Source of the DNA: Escherichia phage vB_EcoM_IME392
DNA: 64,000 nt
Strand: one strand, 5' to 3'
Sequence record: MH719082.1
Position 1 is the stretch's first letter. Every line of letters begins with the position of its first letter. The notes under the pieces were generated by a model that worked only from the letters and a program-made list of their open reading frames with translations, was not told the origin of the DNA and searched no databases. Shown here in pieces: positions 50,157 to 58,911 of this stretch. Position numbers and translations under genes: made by a program.

Positions 50157-50333
50157 ATGTCTAGCAACGAACCATGGTTCAAGACTGGATTCGAAACAGA
50201 AATACCGGCAGTAGCGCCGGTAAACTCAATCTTCCAGTCCTTACAAGGTAAAAGATGGAGATTCGACGGCCAGGGATGGGTCGAAATAGAGTCACTACAG
50301 GTGGCTCTCCAGAGAAAACAGGCTCAGAAGTGA
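50157..50333 (+). CDS. small hypothetical protein (absent from ORF track)
   Basis: ATG at 50157 after TAAGGAGTAAAC; 58 aa MSSNEPWFKTGFETEIP... Confidence 0.35.
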   Translation: MSSNEPWFKTGFETEIPAVAPVNSIFQSLQGKRWRFDGQGWVEIESLQVALQRKQAQK

Positions 50334-50357
50334 GCCTTAACTAGGTAGGGGTATAAT

Positions 50358-51005
50358 ATGAGCGTTACACTTGACCAGCTGAAGAAGTTCCTCCCGACAA
50401 CTTCAACGGAAGTGCTGGAAAAGCTGCTACCCGCCATTAATACTACTATCGAGCGTTACGGTATCAATACCAATCGTCGTCTGCGCTATTTTATGGCGCA
50501 GACTGCCTTTGAAACTCGGGACTACACTAAGTTTGTGGAGTCCCTGTATTATACCTCTGCGTCTCGTCTGGTAGCTGTGTGGCCGAGTAGATTTACTCTT
50601 CGCGGTGAACCTGGTAAGCTTAATGCTAATGCTTACATACGCGACCCTGAGAAGTTAGCCAATCAGGTGTATGCTAATCGCATGGGTAACGGAACTCCAG
50701 CTAGCGGAGACGGGTATAAGTACATTGGCCGTGGAGCTATGCATCTAACTGGCAAAGCTAACTATCGAGAGGCCTCTTTGAGTATCTTTGGCGATGACCG
50801 TTTGGTAGAAGATCCAGAGTTAGTAGAGACGGATTTCGAAACGATCATGCTTACTGCAGGGTGGTTCTGGGATAAAAATAAATTAAATCAATTAGCAGAT
50901 CAGGACGCATTCACCAAAGTAACCCAGAAGATAAATGGGTCTGCTGCGACCGTACCTGACCGACTGCCTGTACTACGCAGAGCAAATCAGACTTTAACTC
51001 TTTAA
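50358..51005 (+). CDS. endolysin, GH19-like lysozyme/chitinase family
   Basis: 215 aa; YFMAQTAFETRDY and YKYIGRGAMHLTGKANY. Confidence 0.7.
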   Translation: MSVTLDQLKKFLPTTSTEVLEKLLPAINTTIERYGINTNRRLRYFMAQTAFETRDYTKFVESLYYTSASRLVAVWPSRFTLRGEPGKLNANAYIRDPEKLANQVYANRMGNGTPASGDGYKYIGRGAMHLTGKANYREASLSIFGDDRLVEDPELVETDFETIMLTAGWFWDKNKLNQLADQDAFTKVTQKINGSAATVPDRLPVLRRANQTLTL

Positions 51006-51019
51006 TATGGTGATCAATA

Positions 51020-51436
51020 ATGGACAATATCCTGGATGTGATCGATGGCACCAAGATTGATGAATATATCGCTCTTGCACTAGCCATCGTCGGCTTCGCA
51101 TCAGTCCTGGTGCAGGCTCTGGAGAAGATCGCTAAGATCACTCCTAATACTAAAGACGACGAATACATTGGGGTAATTAAGAAATACCTCGGTTATGCAT
51201 CGTCCATCTTAAACTTCGTCGCTCTGAACTTGCCTAAATCAACTGCCAGGGTAGATAAGAAATCCGCCGCTCAGGATGAGCAGAAAGTGCAGACCATGGA
51301 TAAAGCTAAGCAGGTTCTTTCCGACGTAGTCCAAACTCAGGATGATCCGCACCTAGTGAGTAAGGCCACCCAGGCTATTGATGCCCTTGATTACGGTAAG
51401 TCTCTGATCAAAAATCCAGAGGGTAAAAAGGAGTAA
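51020..51436 (+). CDS. holin candidate (single N-terminal TMD)
   Basis: hydrophobic IALALAIVGFASVLVQAL; next to endolysin. Confidence 0.4.
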   Translation: MDNILDVIDGTKIDEYIALALAIVGFASVLVQALEKIAKITPNTKDDEYIGVIKKYLGYASSILNFVALNLPKSTARVDKKSAAQDEQKVQTMDKAKQVLSDVVQTQDDPHLVSKATQAIDALDYGKSLIKNPEGKKE

Positions 51437-51439
51437 GGT

Positions 51440-51670
51440 ATGAAAGCTCTTACTCTTATTCTTCAGCTTATTACCCTACTCGTATCTGCTATGCAGACTC
51501 GTTCTCGGGAGAAGAAAGATGAAGAAATTAAAAATGACCCTACTGGCGCTTGGGAGTCTAAGTTTGGTAAGCTGCAACAGCCTACCGGTACAGATGCAGA
51601 CACCGAAGATAAGGTGCGACCGTCCACCGATAGCAGCGATAGCGGAAAAAGACGGGATCAGGATTCCTAA
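51440..51670 (+). CDS. i-spanin candidate (Rz-like)
   Basis: AAGGAG RBS; N-terminal TMD LTLILQLITLLVSAM; o-spanin ORF overlaps in another frame. Confidence 0.4.
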   Translation: MKALTLILQLITLLVSAMQTRSREKKDEEIKNDPTGAWESKFGKLQQPTGTDADTEDKVRPSTDSSDSGKRRDQDS

Positions 51671-51728
51671 CGCTGAATTAGCTAAATTGGTATCTTATAT
51701 AGATTGCCTAGAGAGCAATCAGAAGTGA
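51519..51728 (+). CDS. o-spanin candidate (Rz1-like lipoprotein)
   Basis: signal peptide plus lipobox MKKLKMTLLALGSLSLVSC; overlaps and extends past i-spanin. Confidence 0.5.
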   Translation: MKKLKMTLLALGSLSLVSCNSLPVQMQTPKIRCDRPPIAAIAEKDGIRIPNAELAKLVSYIDCLESNQK

Positions 51729-51738
51729 GGAATCTTGT

Positions 51739-52071
51739 ATGCGCGAGAGGGAAGAGTCTGAGTTCGGTGGACACCAACTCGATAGGCTAGCGAGACTTGA
51801 ATCTAACCAGAAGTTTCAGGGAGTAATACTTGATCAACTTATGGAGTCTTCTCGTAAGCAGACGGAGATATTAGCGGATATCCGTGAGCTAGTCGTTGCA
51901 CAGAATTTCATGTCTAAGAAGATTTCTGACCTTGAAGATGAGCAGGATGATCTAAGGAAGGAGATTAAGGAAGTAAATGACAAGATTAAATTCTGGAGTG
52001 GCGCGTTAGCAATTATTAGTGTACTGGTAGGATTGTTTAACGACGCCATCATCGGCATCTTTAAGCACTAA
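51739..52071 (+). CDS. coiled-coil protein with C-terminal TMD (holin/antiholin or lysis regulator candidate)
   Basis: 110 aa; GAGGAA RBS; C-terminal ALAIISVLVGLF. Confidence 0.4.
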   Translation: MREREESEFGGHQLDRLARLESNQKFQGVILDQLMESSRKQTEILADIRELVVAQNFMSKKISDLEDEQDDLRKEIKEVNDKIKFWSGALAIISVLVGLFNDAIIGIFKH

Positions 52072-52077
52072 ATAAAT

Positions 52078-52112
52078 GGGACTCACTCTATCACGAGTGA
52101 GTCCCATTTTTG
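52078..52112. terminator. bidirectional rho-independent terminator at the convergence point
   Basis: perfect 11-bp stem GGGACTCACTC/GAGTGAGTCCC, loop TATCAC, T-run ATTTTTGT on + and A-run upstream. Confidence 0.7.
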
Positions 52113-52123
52113 TGTAGATTAAT

Positions 52124-52366
52124 TTAGTTATGACGATTCCACATCTCAACCATAAGTCCCAGCTCACGGTCGGCAACTGCTTCATCTTCCATATCCAAAT
52201 CAGTAACCACTTCATGGTCGTCCCATTTACAGTTAGGACACTCCAGATGTAAGTGGTTATTCTCGTCAAGACGTAGAGTTGGGTGCTCTTTACAGTTATA
52301 GCATGCCTTCACTATCCCTGCCTTACACACTCCCTCCAGTTTGATGTTTAATTTCATCAAGTCCAT
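52124..52366 (-). CDS. zinc-ribbon protein
   Basis: 80 aa; CxxC(x20)CxxC. Confidence 0.5.
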   Translation of the reverse strand: MDLMKLNIKLEGVCKAGIVKACYNCKEHPTLRLDENNHLHLECPNCKWDDHEVVTDLDMEDEAVADRELGLMVEMWNRHN

Positions 52367-52920
52367 CAGATACTCCGTACAAATAATTCCCGGAATGGTT
52401 TAATTACCCTCTCTACTTCAGCATCCATCTTAGTTTCGGACTTACCAGATAAGATGTTGAAAAGAGATACACGAACGGCCTCCCGAACCGACTCTTGAGT
52501 CATATCGGCCTTACCTTCATACGCTGCATAAAGAGTCTGACAGTTGCTAAGCAAAAATACCAGCTCCACTGCCTGATGAACGAGTTCTTGGTACTGCTGG
52601 TCTCGTTCGATAGCCTCGTTCATCTTAGGAGTGTGTGGATTATCGCAGATTTCCCAGGTCTTTACGATATCCGGATTAGCGAATACGTCAGACGACTTAA
52701 TACCTATCGACACCTTAAGCAGACGATGCATAATACCGTTATTGGTAATAGTCAGGTCATGCATAGCTTGACGAAGAGCCTGCTCGAATTCAAAGCTAGA
52801 CTCACGGACTATTACATCGTAGCTCTCAGTCTGACCGATGGGACGGACAGTTAGGACGAGTACTGCTGTGCCTCCCAACATACCGATTAGGTTGTCTATA
52901 TCCATATTACTCAAAGTCAT
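52366..52920 (-). CDS. hypothetical protein
   Basis: 184-aa ORF, coupled to neighbours. Confidence 0.5.
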   Translation of the reverse strand: MTLSNMDIDNLIGMLGGTAVLVLTVRPIGQTESYDVIVRESSFEFEQALRQAMHDLTITNNGIMHRLLKVSIGIKSSDVFANPDIVKTWEICDNPHTPKMNEAIERDQQYQELVHQAVELVFLLSNCQTLYAAYEGKADMTQESVREAVRVSLFNILSGKSETKMDAEVERVIKPFRELFVRSI

Positions 52921-53279
52921 TTCTTTACCTTCTTATAGAACTTGTGGTCGCCTATTCTGGCTGTCATTCTATAGCCCTTCCAGTTAGGCCTAACCTTTAC
53001 ATTATGAAAGTGAGTAGCCCCGAATGTAGGATCTTCACTGTATTTAACTCTTGCCGCAATATGAATAGCAGATGCCTTAGATTTAGGATCTTTCATATTC
53101 TGGTAAGAGATGTGACGGTACCACGGAAAGGTATTCCTGTTTTTAACTACCTTACATGGGCTTATACCGTATTTCTTCGCTCGGTTGAGTACCACGTGGG
53201 CTACAGCTAACTGCCCACGTTCCGACTCTCCCCTGGCCTCATAGTAGACGACCATAGCTACGCAATCGGCAGAAGTCAT
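52917..53279 (-). CDS. SleB-like cell-wall hydrolase (Hydrolase_2 family)
   Basis: 120 aa; YYEARGESERGQLAVAHVVLNR...FGATHFH...IGDHKFY. Confidence 0.65.
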   Translation of the reverse strand: MTSADCVAMVVYYEARGESERGQLAVAHVVLNRAKKYGISPCKVVKNRNTFPWYRHISYQNMKDPKSKASAIHIAARVKYSEDPTFGATHFHNVKVRPNWKGYRMTARIGDHKFYKKVKK

Positions 53280-53310
53280 AGTTCATTCCAAATTAATCAT
53301 CCGTGACGGA

Positions 53311-53688
53311 TTACAGAGATTTCTCTGTGGTGGACTCTTCCAGTAGTCCACCCAGAGCTGCGAATACCATGTTCACCGAGTCGTCAATCTCTTTGATTAA
53401 CGATTGGAGATTATTGGTATCTGCGACCATGCCTCTGACCTGGTCGCTAATATCAGCCGCACCCAACTTAGTACCTTCACCAGCCAGACTGTCGATTAAA
53501 CGAACTTTGGCCTTATTTAACTGGTCGATTTTATCCTGGATAGCAGCCTTACGCTGATTACATGCCAGAATTATGATTTGTTTTAAATCAACCTGGCTAG
53601 CATAGCTCTCGCGGAAGTGCTTTACCAGATTAGCTTCGTCGATTACCGGCAGAGCCTCTGGATGAGGTCCGTTGAATGCGTTGTACAT
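53311..53688 (-). CDS. hypothetical protein
   Basis: 125-aa ORF. Confidence 0.5.
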   Translation of the reverse strand: MYNAFNGPHPEALPVIDEANLVKHFRESYASQVDLKQIIILACNQRKAAIQDKIDQLNKAKVRLIDSLAGEGTKLGAADISDQVRGMVADTNNLQSLIKEIDDSVNMVFAALGGLLEESTTEKSL

Positions 53689-53700
53689 AATTTCTCCTAA

Positions 53701-54324
53701 TTAGAAACGATCGCGACCTACGATTGGCGCGACTGGTTTAAAGTCAGTCTGGTCGTAACCTTTGTAAAGGTCGTAGCCACCACCAGCTATCTCAGTAAAG
53801 TAGATTTGCCCGATTCTCATATTAGAACGTAGGCGTATAGTATTAGGGCTTAAATTCACGATCTCCAAAGTGAACGCTCCTTTAAAGCCGTAGTCTCCAT
53901 AGCCTGCGCTAACGTGTGATAGGATACCTAAACGTGCCATAGTACTGCGACCGTCGTAATGCTGACAGAATGCTACACCACGGTCTACCGCGCTGTTACG
54001 GTAACGTGGGTCGTAATGCGCGAACCACTTCTCAGGCAACATAGCAGTACAGTCGATACGTTCTGATGCAGAACCTAATATGAACTCCCTAGGTTTAAGG
54101 TCGTAGTATAGCGCCTCTACTTCACGATACTCCGGAAGAGTACATGGTTTATAGGGATCTACTACATGGCCATCAGGCATCTTTTGAGGAACCAGGAAGA
54201 ACGGAGCTAAGCGTACATCTACACTATTCTGTCCGATTCGTGGTTCCTGATTGTCCAGATAACTGTGATAGGTCCATAATCCCTGAGTAATTGCCTGCTC
54301 AATATAAGATTTACCAAGGATCAT
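53701..54324 (-). CDS. dCTP deaminase-like protein (dUTPase superfamily)
   Basis: 207 aa; SVDVRL and DGRSTMARLGI match Dcd blocks. Confidence 0.65.
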   Translation of the reverse strand: MILGKSYIEQAITQGLWTYHSYLDNQEPRIGQNSVDVRLAPFFLVPQKMPDGHVVDPYKPCTLPEYREVEALYYDLKPREFILGSASERIDCTAMLPEKWFAHYDPRYRNSAVDRGVAFCQHYDGRSTMARLGILSHVSAGYGDYGFKGAFTLEIVNLSPNTIRLRSNMRIGQIYFTEIAGGGYDLYKGYDQTDFKPVAPIVGRDRF

Positions 54325-54509
54325 TACGGATGCTCCAGCATGTTCTTAACAGATTCTTCATCTGTAGCTTCTACGGCAGCATTATGATTCTTGAATGCTC
54401 CCCAGATATCATCAGATACGATCATAGTCTTAGGAGCTAAGTGCTCCGAACGAATAACCGTAATCTGGTTACGGTTAAGGTCCTTAGTTAGTTGCTCAAT
54501 ATCCATCAT
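54324..54509 (-). CDS. small hypothetical protein
   Basis: start at internal ATG 54509 after GAGGAA. Confidence 0.4.
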   Translation of the reverse strand: MMDIEQLTKDLNRNQITVIRSEHLAPKTMIVSDDIWGAFKNHNAAVEATDEESVKNMLEHP

Positions 54510-54527
54510 ATTCCTCGGTTCTATGGT

Positions 54528-54560
54528 AGAATAACATTGACCTCTCCTCAAAGAGGTCAA
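54528..54560 (-). terminator. hairpin terminator candidate downstream of dUTPase
   Basis: 9-bp stem TTGACCTCT/AGAGGTCAA, 6-nt loop, weak T-tract. Confidence 0.35.
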
Positions 54561-54591
54561 TAGTAATTACCGTAGTCTAACTACCCTGGGA

Positions 54592-55062
54592 TTACTTAAT
54601 CCCGGAATGCCCAAACCCACCGTCGCCACGTTCAGAAACATCAGAGAATTTATCCACGAGCTGAAACTCTGGCTGGATAACGGGAAGGAACACCATTTGT
54701 GCGATGCGGTCGCCGTGGTTAATAACGAAAGATTCGTTACTACGGTTCCACACAGACACCATCAGTTCGCCCTGATAGCCGGAGTCGATAAGACCAACCA
54801 GGTTACCCAGTACGATGCCATTTTTATGGCCGAGGCCGCTGCGGGGAAGAATCACAGAAGCGATGTTCGGATCTCCGATGTTGATCGCCAGACCGGTAGG
54901 GACCAGGATAGTTTCACCAGGATTTACAGCGATTTTATCGATTTCATCAGTCTTAATCATCGCACGAAGATCAAGACCAGCATCACCAGCTTTAGCGTAT
55001 TTCGGTAACTCCAGAGAGTCGTCCCAGTTAATAGTTTTCTTTACTTGAACTACAGTCATCAT
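54592..55062 (-). CDS. dut: dUTP diphosphatase (dUTPase)
   Basis: 156 aa; near-identical blocks to bacterial Dut: [57 protein letters not shown]. Confidence 0.9.
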   Translation of the reverse strand: MMTVVQVKKTINWDDSLELPKYAKAGDAGLDLRAMIKTDEIDKIAVNPGETILVPTGLAINIGDPNIASVILPRSGLGHKNGIVLGNLVGLIDSGYQGELMVSVWNRSNESFVINHGDRIAQMVFLPVIQPEFQLVDKFSDVSERGDGGFGHSGIK

Positions 55063-55439
55063 GATGCCCTTTTGTACTGTTTAATGAATGCTGCGCAGAT
55101 GCTGGTGAAGAGGTGATCTTTGACTCGATGCTCTTCCGGCAACCGTGAATATGGAACCATACACGGGTGCGTCTTAGCTGCGAGATCTTTGATTTCTCCA
55201 TACTTCCAGCCCTGCTCCTTTTTAGTTTTAACCCAGAATTCATGGGACTCTTCTGGGCTTACACGGTTATTGTGCAAGCAGTTATACGCTCCATCAATAG
55301 CCGACTGTTTTATTTCATCGGATGTTGCTTCCCAGCTTAATTGGGTGAAGTCTCCGATAGAGTGACAGTATGCACGATTAGCTTCGTGACATACCTTAGC
55401 CACCATCAATACGATTTCTTCTCGGGTCATATGAGACAT
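55059..55439 (-). CDS. hypothetical protein
   Basis: 126-aa ORF overlapping dut start. Confidence 0.5.
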   Translation of the reverse strand: MSHMTREEIVLMVAKVCHEANRAYCHSIGDFTQLSWEATSDEIKQSAIDGAYNCLHNNRVSPEESHEFWVKTKKEQGWKYGEIKDLAAKTHPCMVPYSRLPEEHRVKDHLFTSICAAFIKQYKRAS

Positions 55440-55663
55440 TATTTACCCTTGTGACGTTGCTTATTAATCTTACGGCCTTTAGCCTTCTTAGCCGCACGCT
55501 TTAATGCGGATGCTGTGGTAGTCTTCGGGCAGCTTACCTTAGCATAGACATGACGGAATCCGTCACGGCCTTTAACTGACACTGCTGGGGTGGACCACAT
55601 ACGACTTAACCCAGCCAGAGCCATACCGATACCGCCTAACAGACCAATACGACGTGATTGCAT
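55439..55663 (-). CDS. small basic membrane-associated protein
   Basis: 74 aa; AAGGAA RBS; motif copy 18 bp upstream. Confidence 0.45.
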   Translation of the reverse strand: MQSRRIGLLGGIGMALAGLSRMWSTPAVSVKGRDGFRHVYAKVSCPKTTTASALKRAAKKAKGRKINKQRHKGK

Positions 55664-55680
55664 AGAGATTTCCTTTCCAA

Positions 55681-55715
55681 CGGTTTAACAGCCTTTGGAG
55701 GCTACGAAAGAGCGG
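55681..55715 (-). promoter_or_regulatory. conserved leftward promoter-like motif, copy 9
   Basis: CGGTTTAACAGCCTTTGGAGGCTACGAAAGAGCGG. Confidence 0.45.
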
Positions 55716-56025
55716 AATCTTCGTCAGGTAATGAATTAACGAAGTCAGCTATAACTTGAGCATGACATGGTAAAGGCAAGCAGGAGCACCCTAAAGTCTT
55801 ACCCTTAAGAGTCCGTAAGTAAGAGATGCTTATGTGGCCATCTTTTACTTGCTGATGGAACCATAGTTTATATTTCGCGATGGCTAATGTTCGGGAACCT
55901 ACGTTAATAGCGTTAGGTAAATCTTTATGGCTCCACTTATTCCCGAATATAGTACCTCTCCCAACATATAGATCATAATTAGGATTGGTACGTATATTAA
56001 CCACCCTACAAAGTTTACTCTCCAT
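55702..56025 (-). CDS. DUF4326-like protein
   Basis: 107 aa; VVNIR...YDLYVGRG...GNKWSH...LKGKTLGCSCLPLPCHA pattern. Confidence 0.45.
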   Translation of the reverse strand: MESKLCRVVNIRTNPNYDLYVGRGTIFGNKWSHKDLPNAINVGSRTLAIAKYKLWFHQQVKDGHISISYLRTLKGKTLGCSCLPLPCHAQVIADFVNSLPDEDSALS

Positions 56026-56728
56026 CTTCTACAGAATTACCCTGCAGAGCAATCATGGTATTCACCTCATGCTCCAGATCTTGTAGATCTTTTACTCGGT
56101 TAATAGTTCGAACCCAGGTCTTAGCTTCCAGCATCGCATCGAACAGTGCATGGTGATCAGACATAGACTCATGCTGGCTACGCAGTTCTTCTTTAATCAT
56201 GCGACGATCATCGAATGAGATCAGCTGCAGACTAGCCAGAGTACGGTAATCACGATTCATCCAGTGCAGGAACGGAGACTTACGACCTTTAGCCTTAAAG
56301 TACCAGTCCAGGAATCCTTGGTCGAACTCTGGTGCGTTACCGATGAAGTTCAACATCTGGCAACCAGGATCCTGTAGTACCTTAGCTACGTACTCTTCGA
56401 TGATATCCAGAGCTTCGTCAACAGATACCGGATTAGCATATGCAGCATCACGGACGGGTTTCGGGAGAGTGTTGAGCCACTCTACTACATTAGGGTCCGA
56501 CTTCATACCCAACGCCAGTGACTCTTCGCGATCGATAGTGAAGTAGACATGGGAGTAATGCTCTGGACCTATAGTTACCATGCCTACCGACAGAACTACA
56601 CCAGGCTCTTTGAAATCGAGATACTCAGTCTCGATGTCGATTGCGCAGTGATAGGAGTCGTGATATGACAGGAATCGGTTAAACAGTTTATTCGGAGCCA
56701 GATGGTGTGGCATCATCTTAGTAGACAT
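56015..56728 (-). CDS. DEDDh-type 3'-5' exonuclease
   Basis: 237 aa; Exo I AIDIETEY, Exo III HHALFDAMLEA; AAGGA RBS. Confidence 0.6.
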   Translation of the reverse strand: MSTKMMPHHLAPNKLFNRFLSYHDSYHCAIDIETEYLDFKEPGVVLSVGMVTIGPEHYSHVYFTIDREESLALGMKSDPNVVEWLNTLPKPVRDAAYANPVSVDEALDIIEEYVAKVLQDPGCQMLNFIGNAPEFDQGFLDWYFKAKGRKSPFLHWMNRDYRTLASLQLISFDDRRMIKEELRSQHESMSDHHALFDAMLEAKTWVRTINRVKDLQDLEHEVNTMIALQGNSVEDGE

Positions 56729-56755
56729 CGGTTATCCTTATCAGTTGAGGTGCGA

Positions 56756-56790
56756 CACTTTAACAGCCTTTCGAGGGTAAGAAACGGCGG
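56756..56790 (-). promoter_or_regulatory. conserved leftward promoter-like motif, copy 10
   Basis: CACTTTAACAGCCTTTCGAGGGTAAGAAACGGCGG; 27 bp upstream of start at 56728. Confidence 0.45.
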
Positions 56791-56792
56791 AA

Positions 56793-57146
56793 TTAATCTT
56801 TATTCACAGTATACCCTAGACTGGTTAATAATGTATCTACTTCAACGGCATCATATACTGGAGATGCCTTACCTACTGTGATATGATCTGTGTAATGAAT
56901 TTTAGGAGTAGTTACTTTACGCTCTCTACCCGAGAGGAATTTTACTGCATCCTCAACATTACTATTATGATCACCAGTCCAGCCATCATCAATAGCCATC
57001 TGAATAATACGGTGATGAATAGCTCGGTTTTCGGCATTCTCTACTCTAGCCTTACTCAGATTAGCCTTAGTAGTGTCTAATTCCTGTCGTACTGAGTTAT
57101 ATCGCTCTTCCCAGCGTCCGTCATGAATTTCAGTATCTTCAGCCAT
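56793..57146 (-). CDS. hypothetical protein
   Basis: 117-aa ORF with RBS. Confidence 0.5.
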   Translation of the reverse strand: MAEDTEIHDGRWEERYNSVRQELDTTKANLSKARVENAENRAIHHRIIQMAIDDGWTGDHNSNVEDAVKFLSGRERKVTTPKIHYTDHITVGKASPVYDAVEVDTLLTSLGYTVNKD

Positions 57147-57378
57147 TACGTGCCTTCTTAAGATGCCATTGTGCTACCCACCAGAATGTAGTTCCTGGTG
57201 CAGAGTAGTTATTGAATAACCCACCATTACTAAGCAGACTCTTAGCTGCTCGACGATGACCACGACGCTTCTTGCGAGGATCGAGTTTAACTGCTTGAGC
57301 TACTTGCTCATAGGTATCATAACCCACGATCTGCATGCTCCCAACCGCATTAGTTACTGCTTGGATAGGTTGTTCCAT
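57139..57378 (-). CDS. hypothetical protein
   Basis: start at internal ATG 57378 after GGGAG. Confidence 0.45.
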   Translation of the reverse strand: MEQPIQAVTNAVGSMQIVGYDTYEQVAQAVKLDPRKKRRGHRRAAKSLLSNGGLFNNYSAPGTTFWWVAQWHLKKARNG

Positions 57379-57394
57379 AATTACTCCCAACGTT

Positions 57395-57424
57395 AAATAA
57401 AAATAGCGCTCCCTAAAGAGCGCT
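57395..57424 (-). terminator. rho-independent terminator (leftward)
   Basis: stem AGCGCTC/GAGCGCT, loop CCTAAA, followed on - strand by ATTTTTATTT. Confidence 0.5.
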
Positions 57425-57432
57425 AAGATAGG

Positions 57433-57606
57433 TTAGTCTTCTTCGCCCCACTCATCATCGTAGGCCTGCTTAGGAGTCTTACCTTCATCGTAATCATCCC
57501 GCCAGGCTTCCGCATCAGCAGCGCTACCGCCACGAGACTGAGCGTATTGGTGCAGCAGTTTATGCCACTCCGCAAACGATCCTGTCTCCTTAGTCATTTG
57601 TTCCAT
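57433..57606 (-). CDS. small acidic protein (absent from ORF track)
   Basis: ATG 57606 after GGGAGGAG; 57 aa MEQMTKETGSFAEWHKLL...DDEWGEED. Confidence 0.4.
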   Translation of the reverse strand: MEQMTKETGSFAEWHKLLHQYAQSRGGSAADAEAWRDDYDEGKTPKQAYDDEWGEED

Positions 57607-57624
57607 AACTAACTCCTCCCGAAG

Positions 57625-58092
57625 TTACATTAATAATCGTCCGAGCATGTTAATACCAGTAAGGACGGACTTGTACTCCTCACGGGTCATACCCCAGAAA
57701 GAGTCTCCGTGGGTATTTCCTTCGACCAGCTCCTTAGGCCAAGTATCGGTCAATTTTTGAGCTAGCTCCCCACCTTTCGCGAATTTAATCCGGAGTAGGT
57801 GTTCCATTACGTCTACTCGCTGTTCCTTCCACGATTCAGTAATGGGTAGCTTACGTCCATATCTCTTGGCCTCACCAGGAGTATGAAGTCTAGCTATGAT
57901 AAGACGATGGGCTAGCGATGGAGACTTAGATGCTTGATAGGCATGCTCCACACTAGGGTAAGTAAGGGAGGGAAGAGTCTCGTTCCCGTAAGGATTCTTA
58001 TCCTCAATATGAACAGGATAAAAGTTAGATAGGAATCGGTACTCTCCGCTAAACTCCAGAATAGAGTTCTTGTCGGTCCAGATCCGCATCAT
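57625..58092 (-). CDS. NADAR-domain (YbiA-like) protein
   Basis: 155 aa; FLSNFYP, SVEHAYQASK, VMEHLLRIKF, LVEGNTHGDSFWGM. Confidence 0.7.
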   Translation of the reverse strand: MMRIWTDKNSILEFSGEYRFLSNFYPVHIEDKNPYGNETLPSLTYPSVEHAYQASKSPSLAHRLIIARLHTPGEAKRYGRKLPITESWKEQRVDVMEHLLRIKFAKGGELAQKLTDTWPKELVEGNTHGDSFWGMTREEYKSVLTGINMLGRLLM

Positions 58093-58658
58093 CCCTCCAT
58101 AAATGCACGTTCAATGCGGCACACATCACATAGGTCTTTACCCAGCTGACGAGTACCATGCTTCTCGCAATATCCAGTACGGGATTCACGAGTTAATTCA
58201 CGTAAGATACGCTTGGCCTCTAGATCAGCACATCCCTTATCCAGCTCAGCACTAAACTGTTCGGCACTCATAATCCCTAACGACATCTCCGCCAGCTGTT
58301 CCCTATTTAACTGGCTATTTCCGTCACCAGTTAGGAACCAGTCCTTAACCCACCAGTAGCGATAATGATGCTTGGGATGACGATTATGTATTTCCATGCA
58401 GTCGTCCAGAGTTAGGAACTTAACCTGCTTATCTTTCCAGATGAATGGTTTATCGAACGGTATGTCGTCACGATTATCGTAGCATGCCCACTGAGGAACT
58501 GGACAGCCATCGCCATCTATCATCTGGTAGTGGAACTCTACTTGCATCTGTAGCATCTCTACTCGGGAATAGAATCGTTCGTGGTAGAAGACTACTACGC
58601 TCTTACCATGCTCCGGTACAAAGTCTTCAAGACTCTGCATACTGAAATTAATTGGCAT
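58089..58658 (-). CDS. hypothetical Cys-rich protein
   Basis: ORF; start chosen at internal ATG 58658 (GGTGAG RBS). Confidence 0.45.
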   Translation of the reverse strand: MPINFSMQSLEDFVPEHGKSVVVFYHERFYSRVEMLQMQVEFHYQMIDGDGCPVPQWACYDNRDDIPFDKPFIWKDKQVKFLTLDDCMEIHNRHPKHHYRYWWVKDWFLTGDGNSQLNREQLAEMSLGIMSAEQFSAELDKGCADLEAKRILRELTRESRTGYCEKHGTRQLGKDLCDVCRIERAFMEG

Positions 58659-58902
58659 GTTTCTCACCAAGATCGCGGAGGTAGTGGAACCCTTTCGTGC
58701 ACGCTATCTCGGCCAGTTTAGTTATGATAACTGCCACGATCACGAAAGGGATTAACGGCCAAAATACCGTAGCCAATGCTGTGTAGCCACCATGCTTAAT
58801 ACGGAATCTGCCAGTCACATAGGCTGCAATCGGATAAACGATGATCCCACCGATGACATAAGCAATCATCAGTCCCACGATCATATTATCAGTAAAGTAC
58901 AT
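58648..58902 (-). CDS. small membrane protein (2 TMD)
   Basis: 84 aa, two hydrophobic segments. Confidence 0.5.
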   Translation of the reverse strand: MYFTDNMIVGLMIAYVIGGIIVYPIAAYVTGRFRIKHGGYTALATVFWPLIPFVIVAVIITKLAEIACTKGFHYLRDLGEKHAN

Positions 58903-58911
58903 AATTATTCC

